DNA from: Minisyncoccota bacterium
GTDB taxonomy: Bacteria > Patescibacteriota > Minisyncoccia > Phycocordibacterales > GCA-2401445
Assembly (NCBI GenBank): GCA_040879725.1
Contig: JBBDJV010000010.1
Span: 1-50,891, forward strand
Length of the DNA: 50,891 nucleotides
Direction: 5' to 3'
Shown: piece after piece, positions 36,732 to 41,536 of the stretch
Layout of the letters: each line of letters starts with the position of its first letter
Position numbering within the stretch: the stretch's first letter is position 1
Position numbers and translations under genes: made by a program
The notes under the pieces: model-generated
Database searches by the model: none
Seen by the model: the letters and a program-made list of their open reading frames with translations, nothing else
What the model was told of the DNA's origin: nothing

Positions 36732-36782
36732 CAATCGTAAAGTCATTTTTTTGTTACCGAGGAAGCGTGGGGACGCTTCTGT

Positions 36783-36887
36783 CCAGGATTCGAAGCCCGA
36801 TTGAGCATTTTATCGAGCCTGAAAGGCGAAGAAAAAATCCAATTGGGGTACTGCTCCTGTAAGGAGAGAATCCTGGCGGGGGCACAA
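36783..36887 (+). repeat. tRNA-linked module E1: inverted T-arm copy, core hairpin, direct copy of the tRNA-Arg 3' end
   Basis: CCAGGATTCGAA (36783-36794) is the reverse complement of 36712-36723. The core hairpin lies at 36796-36847. The stretch 36868-36887 is an exact copy of 36715-36734. Confidence 0.8.
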
Positions 36888-36923
36888 AATTTCTAAAATA
36901 TAGAGAAATAGCTACATATTTTC

Positions 36924-37099
36924 ATTTCTTACGATATATAGTAAGAAATCAATTTAATACAAGGGGCCCCTTGTATTGGATTGATTAGCTACATAGGAAT
37001 ATTTTTCTAACCTGTTTTCAGAACGAGGTTAAACCTCGTTCTGAAAAAGCTATATATAGCAACGTAATTTCATATCAAGGTTTAACCTTGATATGAAAT
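36924..37099. repeat. Field of five perfect palindromes/hairpins in 176 bp
   Basis: The five are: 36924-36949 (9-bp arms), 36956-36977 (22-bp perfect palindrome), 37015-37047 (16+1+16), 37049-37060 (GCTATATATAGC) and 37067-37099 (16+1+16). Confidence 0.85.
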
Positions 37100-37203
37100 A
37101 TCACAATCGTAGTTACTGATTCTTGTATTACCCGCCAAGAACATCTACCTACCCTACCTCACACTTGTCTGCCCTGTCTAACCTACCTTATTTAGTAGGA
37201 ACT

Positions 37204-37384
37204 CTGGCGGTGCCAGAGGTATAGTGGCGGGAGAATCGGTCACGAGTTACTAAGTATAATTCTTCGCTACGCTCGAATTCTACTAAGTACTCTCGACCCT
37301 GCCTGCCGGCAGGCAGGCCCAGCTCGGGACTTTTGCCTTGCGTAAGAACGCAAACAAAAGTATCCCTGCGCTTTTCGATTCTCC
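37204..37384 (-). repeat. tRNA-Gly-linked module: inverted T-arm copy, GC palindrome, GA-loop hairpin, degenerate 3'-end copy
   Basis: On the minus strand, GGAGAATCGAA lies at 37374-37384 and CCTGCCTGCCGGCAGGCAGG at 37298-37317. The hairpin at 37248-37289 has the loop GAGCGTAGCGAA. CGATTCTCCC lies at 37229-37238 and GCACCGCCA at 37204-37212. Confidence 0.65.
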
Positions 37385-37426
37385 ACGCAAGCAAAGCAGT
37401 TTGCTTGCTCTACTCCGCACCGCAAA

Positions 37427-37464
37427 CAAAATTACCGTATTCTTAATCAGAATACGGTAATTTT
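37427..37464 (-). terminator. Terminator after tRNA-Gly
   Basis: ATTACCGTATTC-TTAATCA-GAATACGGTAAT is flanked by an A-run and a T-run. Confidence 0.7.
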
Positions 37465-37469
37465 GGCGG

Positions 37470-37540
37470 TGCGGGTAGGGAGAATCGAACTCCCGACTCA
37501 TCCTTGGCAAGGATGTGTTCTACCACTAAACCATACCCGC
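37470..37540 (-). tRNA. tRNA-Gly(GCC)
   Basis: A manual fold gives the acceptor GCGGGTA/TACCCGC and anticodon stem CATCC/GGATG with loop TTGCCAA. The T arm is GGGAG-TTCGATT-CTCCC. A TATAAT lies 9 nt upstream (37550-37555). Confidence 0.9.
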
Positions 37541-37685
37541 AGTGAAAGCATTATACCCTATCGTAAATTAAAATAAAGAGGATACTGCCTGCTATGTCTG
37601 TTACTCTCATGTTACGTGAGAAACAACTTTTTTGTTTAAATACACAGTGTTTTCCTACAAATATACCCAGAAAAATGTTCAAAAC

Positions 37686-37714
37686 TGTGGATAACTTAGG
37701 GGATATGTGTATAA
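37686..37714. promoter_or_regulatory. Pair of DnaA boxes 20 bp apart, outside oriC
   Basis: TGTGGATAA (37686-37694) is a perfect match and TGTGTATAA (37706-37714) has one mismatch. Both have the same orientation. Confidence 0.4.
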
Positions 37715-37858
37715 AAGACAATAATAGACTTGTCTTTTTATACCACGACTTTGACAAAATGTCCTTATTTAGAGCCACACATTTGACAAAAAGGCAAATA
37801 TATATGTTTCACATGAAACGTAGGTTACATGTGTAACACATCTAGGTAGAATAAGGTA

Positions 37859-38278
37859 ATGAATGAGGATAAAGGTAACTCAAAAAATACAAAAGAAACT
37901 GACAAAGCGAGGGTTGGAAGAATTGGAGAAGATATTGCTGAGATTTTTCTCGTAAAGAAAGGCTACACATTAGATGATAGAAATTTTAGAAAGAAGTGGG
38001 GCGAAATAGATTTGGTTACACATGAAAACAAAATACTGGTTTTTGTTGAAGTAAAAACGGAGAAGGTAAGTGTTACACATGAAAACAAAGGCTATAGGAT
38101 AGAGGAAAATATTCATAAAGATAAACTCAAAAGGCTTACAAGAGCTATTTATAGCTATTTGAAAGAAAAAAACGTTTCTGATGAAACTGAATGGAGGTTG
38201 GATGCGGTTATTGTTAGACTAGATACAGAAAGTAAGAAGGCTAGGGTGTCTCATATTAAAAATATACTAGCGGAGTAG
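37859..38278 (+). CDS. yraN: YraN-family (UPF0102) endonuclease-like protein with an internal insertion
   Basis: The motifs GEDIAEIFLVKKGY, GEIDLV and LVFVEVKT are present. TAGAAT (37847-37852) lies 6 nt before the ATG. An 18-nt exact direct repeat occurs inside the gene (38015-38032 and 38072-38089). Confidence 0.8.
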   Translation: MNEDKGNSKNTKETDKARVGRIGEDIAEIFLVKKGYTLDDRNFRKKWGEIDLVTHENKILVFVEVKTEKVSVTHENKGYRIEENIHKDKLKRLTRAIYSYLKEKNVSDETEWRLDAVIVRLDTESKKARVSHIKNILAE

Positions 38279-38357
38279 CTTAAAGGACATTTGTCTTTTA
38301 TAAAAGACTCTAGCAATTTGTATTTAATATGCTAGACTAGCGTAATCCAAATAGTAT

Positions 38358-38430
38358 CGGGGCGTAGTGTAACGGCTAACATGCTTGATTTGGGATCAAG
38401 TGACTCCGGGTTCGAATCCCGGCGCCCCGA
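38358..38430 (+). tRNA. tRNA-Pro(UGG), no encoded CCA
   Basis: A manual fold gives the acceptor CGGGGCG/CGCCCCG and anticodon stem CTTGA/TCAAG with loop TTTGGGA. The T arm is CCGGG-TTCGAAT-CCCGG. TGCTAGACT lies at 38330-38338. Confidence 0.9.
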
Positions 38431-38451
38431 CAATGTTGTAGTTGTTCTGTT

Positions 38452-38490
38452 CTGCCTACCGCCTGCCTGCCGGTAGGCAGGGCAGGCAGG
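38452..38490 (+). repeat. GC-rich interleaved palindromes (A-B-A'-B')
   Basis: CTGCCTACC (38452-38460) pairs with GGTAGGCAG (38472-38480). CCTGCCTGCC (38462-38471) pairs with GGCAGGCAGG (38481-38490). Confidence 0.8.
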
Positions 38491-38577
38491 CCGATTGAGA
38501 TAGATTATGAGCAAAGCGAAATAATCTATCCAATTGGGGTACTGCTCCTGTAAGGTTCAAGTCCTCTCTCGCGCACA
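38491..38577 (+). repeat. tRNA-linked module E2: core hairpin plus the 3' part of a tRNA-like sequence absent from the window
   Basis: The core lies at 38491-38537. It is followed by GGTACTGCTCCTGTAAGG and then TTCAAGTCCTCTCTCGCGCA. Confidence 0.75.
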
Positions 38578-38640
38578 AAGATTTGAGCAAAGCGAAAAAC
38601 TGTGCGCGAGGCACAGCTTTTTTCTTAAAAAGCGTCGTGC

Positions 38641-38742
38641 GGACTTGAAGCCCGATTGAGATAAATTATGAGCAAAGCGAAATAATTTATCCAATTGGGG
38701 TACTGCTCCTGTAAGGAGAGAATCCCGGCGCCCCGACAATGT
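38641..38742 (+). repeat. tRNA-linked module E3: inverted copy of the E2 T-loop segment, core hairpin, direct copy of the tRNA-Pro 3' end
   Basis: GGACTTGAA (38641-38649) is complementary to 38556-38564. The core lies at 38651-38699. The stretch 38720-38742 is an exact copy of 38414-38436. Confidence 0.8.
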
Positions 38743-39063
38743 AAGGTTCGAGAGTTTGGTGTGTATATGTAAATCAATTTTGCATTACTTGCTCTAAATA
38801 AGCACCAAAGTAATATATCGTGATATTTTCGGTAGGTTCATCTATTTTTACTTTCAGGTGATAAAAGCTGTTTCAAATGAAACAAAGTAGGGAAGTGAGG
38901 AGTTACACATGTAACAATATGCACTTATCCCAGTAAACTAATAGTAGTAATACGCACACTTTAAAGGCTGTAGTAAACGCAAAAACTTGAAAGAGAAGCA
39001 TTATATTGTTTTACTGTAGATACATAACTATAAGCATTTAATTATTTAATACACTTAGTACAC

Positions 39064-40164
39064 ATGGATTACATAGAAATACTGAAGGGGTATGTAGAGC
39101 AAATACCATTTATGAACTTGCCTGTGTGGGATGTAGAAATTCTCGGTAACACTCTCAAGCTATACGCAATTGCCACTGTTGTCGCGATTTTACTAATTGT
39201 GGTGTTTAAACTGTTTCAAGTTGTGGTTATATCACGACTTAAGGCTCTCACTATAAGAACAAAAACGGAGCTAGACGATACACTGATAAAAATAGTTCAA
39301 GCGTTTCGTCCGCCATTCTATGTTTTTCTTTCAATATATCTGGTTTCAGGTTTGTTTGATCTTTCAGCGAAGGTGAGTGGTGCACTGTCTTTCATCTTAA
39401 CAATTTGGATTGTGTACTACGGAGTGAGGGCGCTTGATATGTTGCTCAAGTATGGACTTGGCTTGCTAGCAAAAAAGCAGGATGATTTAGGATCAAAGGT
39501 TGCGCTTAATAATTTAGGGAAAATTGGAACCGGACTGCTTTGGTTACTAGGTATACTGATGGTCCTCTCGAATTTAGGAGTTGAAATAACATCACTCATT
39601 GCTGGTCTTGGAGTTGGAGGCTTAGCTATTGCAATCGCGCTGCAAGGAATCTTAAGTGATTTGTTTGCATCGTTTGCGATACGTTTCGACAAGCCGTTTG
39701 TGGAAGGAGATTTTATTGTTATTGGCGAGCACTTGGGTGTGGTTGAAAAAATCGGAATTAAGACCACTCGGATCCGCGCGCTCCAAGGAGAGGAGATTGT
39801 CATTTCAAACCAAGAGCTCATGAGTTCTCGAGTTCAGAATTTCAAAAAGCTTCAAGAGCGTCGAGTGGTTACAAACTTTGGTGTGGAGTACGGCACGACA
39901 AGTGATAAGCTAAAGAAAATAAATGAAGCGGTAAAAATTATTGTAGATAAAATTGATAACATTCGTTTTGATCGGTCTCACTTTAAATCATTCGGAGACT
40001 CGGCATTGGTTTTTGAAGTTGTATATTATGTCAGTTCGCCTGACTACAATGAGTACATGGACCATCAGCAAGAATTTAATTTCGGACTGAAAGAGGCTGT
40101 CGAGAAGATAGGTGTTTCGATGGCATTCCCAACACAAACAATTCATATCGTTACACAAAAATAA
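39064..40164 (+). CDS. MscS-family mechanosensitive channel
   Basis: It has TM helices, the pore helix region GLGVGGLAIAIALQGILSDLFAS and a beta-domain (GDFIVIGEHLGVVEKIGIKTTRIR). Confidence 0.85.
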   Translation: MDYIEILKGYVEQIPFMNLPVWDVEILGNTLKLYAIATVVAILLIVVFKLFQVVVISRLKALTIRTKTELDDTLIKIVQAFRPPFYVFLSIYLVSGLFDLSAKVSGALSFILTIWIVYYGVRALDMLLKYGLGLLAKKQDDLGSKVALNNLGKIGTGLLWLLGILMVLSNLGVEITSLIAGLGVGGLAIAIALQGILSDLFASFAIRFDKPFVEGDFIVIGEHLGVVEKIGIKTTRIRALQGEEIVISNQELMSSRVQNFKKLQERRVVTNFGVEYGTTSDKLKKINEAVKIIVDKIDNIRFDRSHFKSFGDSALVFEVVYYVSSPDYNEYMDHQQEFNFGLKEAVEKIGVSMAFPTQTIHIVTQK

Positions 40165-40169
40165 AATAA

Positions 40170-40210
40170 AAAAATAACCGGCTCGTTTAACGAGCCGGTT
40201 ATTTTTTTTA
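40170..40210. terminator. Bidirectional terminator
   Basis: The sequence is AAAAATAACCGGCTCG-TTTAA-CGAGCCGGTTATTTTTTTT. Confidence 0.8.
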
Positions 40211-40220
40211 CTGAACTAAG

Positions 40221-41489
40221 TTATTCTGTAAGGGAGAATTGTTCTAAAAGCAGCGAGCGTAGTTCGCTTGCGATTTGCTCCTCGAAAGCTTCAGCAGTCT
40301 GTGGTAGGTTGCTTCCCAAAAGTGAGTTGATGCTGAGAGAAGATTCTTTAAAAAGAGTATCATCGATATGAGAAAGAGTGATAGCTCGGAGTGTGCGGTC
40401 TTTTGTTTGCTCTGCACTAACAACAGTGGTTACAACACCCTCAACTTCTTGTCGCGCGATAGACACCACTGCACCTCCAGATGATCCTCTCTGAGAGACC
40501 ACGCTACCCGACAGTGCGACAAGGTCGATGCTTGTTGTTGCGTAAGTATAAAGTTCTTCCACGGTTACAAATGAAGATGCGCTGTAGAGACTTTTCTCAA
40601 TTTCAATGCTACCTAAAAATCCGGCAGGGTAACCTGCGACAAGTACTTGCTCTCCGATTGAAAGTTCTCGGTGTGTGTTTGGTTTGATAAAAGGAAATGC
40701 ATCAGGAAGGGGAAGACTAGGGTCAGTTCTTCCTGTGATATACAGAAAAGCAAAATCAAATTGTCCGGTACCTGTCGGCCGGTCGCTCGTAATAAGAGAA
40801 GCATTTTCTGTAACCCATGAAGGGGAGATGTAGAGAAGCTCCGCTCGGTACAGAGGAGTCGCAGGGTCACCCATCCGAACCATGCAATCAAGGGCATTTA
40901 CACTCGGCGTGTCCTTTAGAAGAAAAAATTGTGCAACGTGTGCATTGGTTAAGATCACTCCTCGAGAGTCTATAAGTATTCCACTTCCGACAATCGAGTT
41001 CGTGAGACTTTCACCGCTACTTCTGCAAAAAATATTTACCAGTGCGCCACGTACCTTTGTGTTCACGTCTTGCGGGTCGAGTGTTTCAAACGTGGGAAGG
41101 GTGTCCGATAAAACAGGTGTTTCAGACTCTGTTAGCACTTCCTCGTTTTCATTTTTCTCCTCGATAACTTTTTCCGGAATAATTTCTGCCGGAGTAGGTT
41201 TTTCCACGATACTTTTATCGTCTATCACCTCCTCTTCCTTCGGGGGAGGGGGTAGCGCGTTTTCTGTTTCGGAGTGTTTTGCTCCGAGGCTATTTTCACT
41301 CTCATTTTCTAAAGCTGTTTCCGTCTCAAGTGGCGAGTCCTCGGGGTGGGTAATTTCAGTCTCTTTAGTTTCCTCGTGCGGCATGTCCTTTACAAGTACT
41401 TCAGGAGTGGGGACAACTCCAACTACAATCAGAGTTGAAACAATAAGAGACGCAATTCCGCTGATTATTTTTGAAAATATTTCAATCAT
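40221..41489 (-). CDS. Membrane-anchored trypsin-like (S1 family) serine protease with an acidic linker
   Basis: It has an N-terminal TM helix, GVILTNAHVA (His) and GSSGGAVV (Ser). Confidence 0.8.
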   Translation of the reverse strand: MIEIFSKIISGIASLIVSTLIVVGVVPTPEVLVKDMPHEETKETEITHPEDSPLETETALENESENSLGAKHSETENALPPPPKEEEVIDDKSIVEKPTPAEIIPEKVIEEKNENEEVLTESETPVLSDTLPTFETLDPQDVNTKVRGALVNIFCRSSGESLTNSIVGSGILIDSRGVILTNAHVAQFFLLKDTPSVNALDCMVRMGDPATPLYRAELLYISPSWVTENASLITSDRPTGTGQFDFAFLYITGRTDPSLPLPDAFPFIKPNTHRELSIGEQVLVAGYPAGFLGSIEIEKSLYSASSFVTVEELYTYATTSIDLVALSGSVVSQRGSSGGAVVSIARQEVEGVVTTVVSAEQTKDRTLRAITLSHIDDTLFKESSLSINSLLGSNLPQTAEAFEEQIASELRSLLLEQFSLTE

Positions 41490-41519
41490 GTAATCCTAGT
41501 ATATCACCCGACATTGATG

Positions 41520-41528
41520 TGCTATAGT
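41520..41528 (+). promoter_or_regulatory. Extended -10 TGCTATAGT, 8 nt before the pcrA ATG
   Basis: The 47-bp intergenic region also holds a divergent TATACT (41498-41503) for the protease gene. Confidence 0.5.
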
Positions 41529-41536
41529 AACCCTGC

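Noticed and set aside
36601-36732. The N-terminal 44 codons of the track ORF for the CCA-adding enzyme (start 36732).
   Set aside because: The extension overlaps tRNA-Arg and its promoter on the other strand. The conserved domain starts after GTG 36600, which has the standard -10-plus-6-nt context.
36762-36830. A tmRNA-like 5' end (GGGGACG...GGATTCGAAG resembles GGGGACGUUACGGAUUCGAC of bacterial tmRNAs).
   Set aside because: No complementary 3' acceptor strand (CGTC(C/T)CC-ACCA), no tag reading frame and no pseudoknot series were found within several hundred nt. The GGATTCGAA is better explained as an inverted copy of the tRNA-Arg T-arm.
37188-37510. Track ORFs 37188-37394 and 37283-37510 (minus strand).
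   Set aside because: They run through tRNA-Gly, its terminator and the palindromic modules. Their translations are low-complexity Arg/Ser-rich artefacts.
38499-38530. A hammerhead-ribozyme-like core (TGAG...CGAAA) in the GA-loop hairpins.
   Set aside because: The CUGA box is not present (AUUAUGAG instead of CUGAUGAG). Stem II would be only 2 bp. The flanks pair with each other directly, so there is no three-way junction.
38332-38739. Track ORFs 38332-38514 and 38557-38739 (minus strand).
   Set aside because: They lie antisense to tRNA-Pro and the repeat modules. Each is exactly at the 60-aa cutoff and has no promoter or start context.
36732-38760. A CRISPR array as an explanation of the repeated modules.
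   Set aside because: The repeats are about 50-100 nt long, irregularly spaced, on both strands and each tied to a tRNA end. There is no repeat-spacer periodicity and there are no cas genes.
40882-41493. A 203-aa plus-strand ORF antisense to the serine protease gene. Similar long antisense ORFs lie at 9000-9506, 32664-33170, 5708-6175, 44672-45193, 46512-46949 and 49302-49766.
   Set aside because: Each lies opposite a gene with clear family motifs. Their translations are Ser/low-complexity rich without motifs. These are shadow ORFs typical of biased codon usage.
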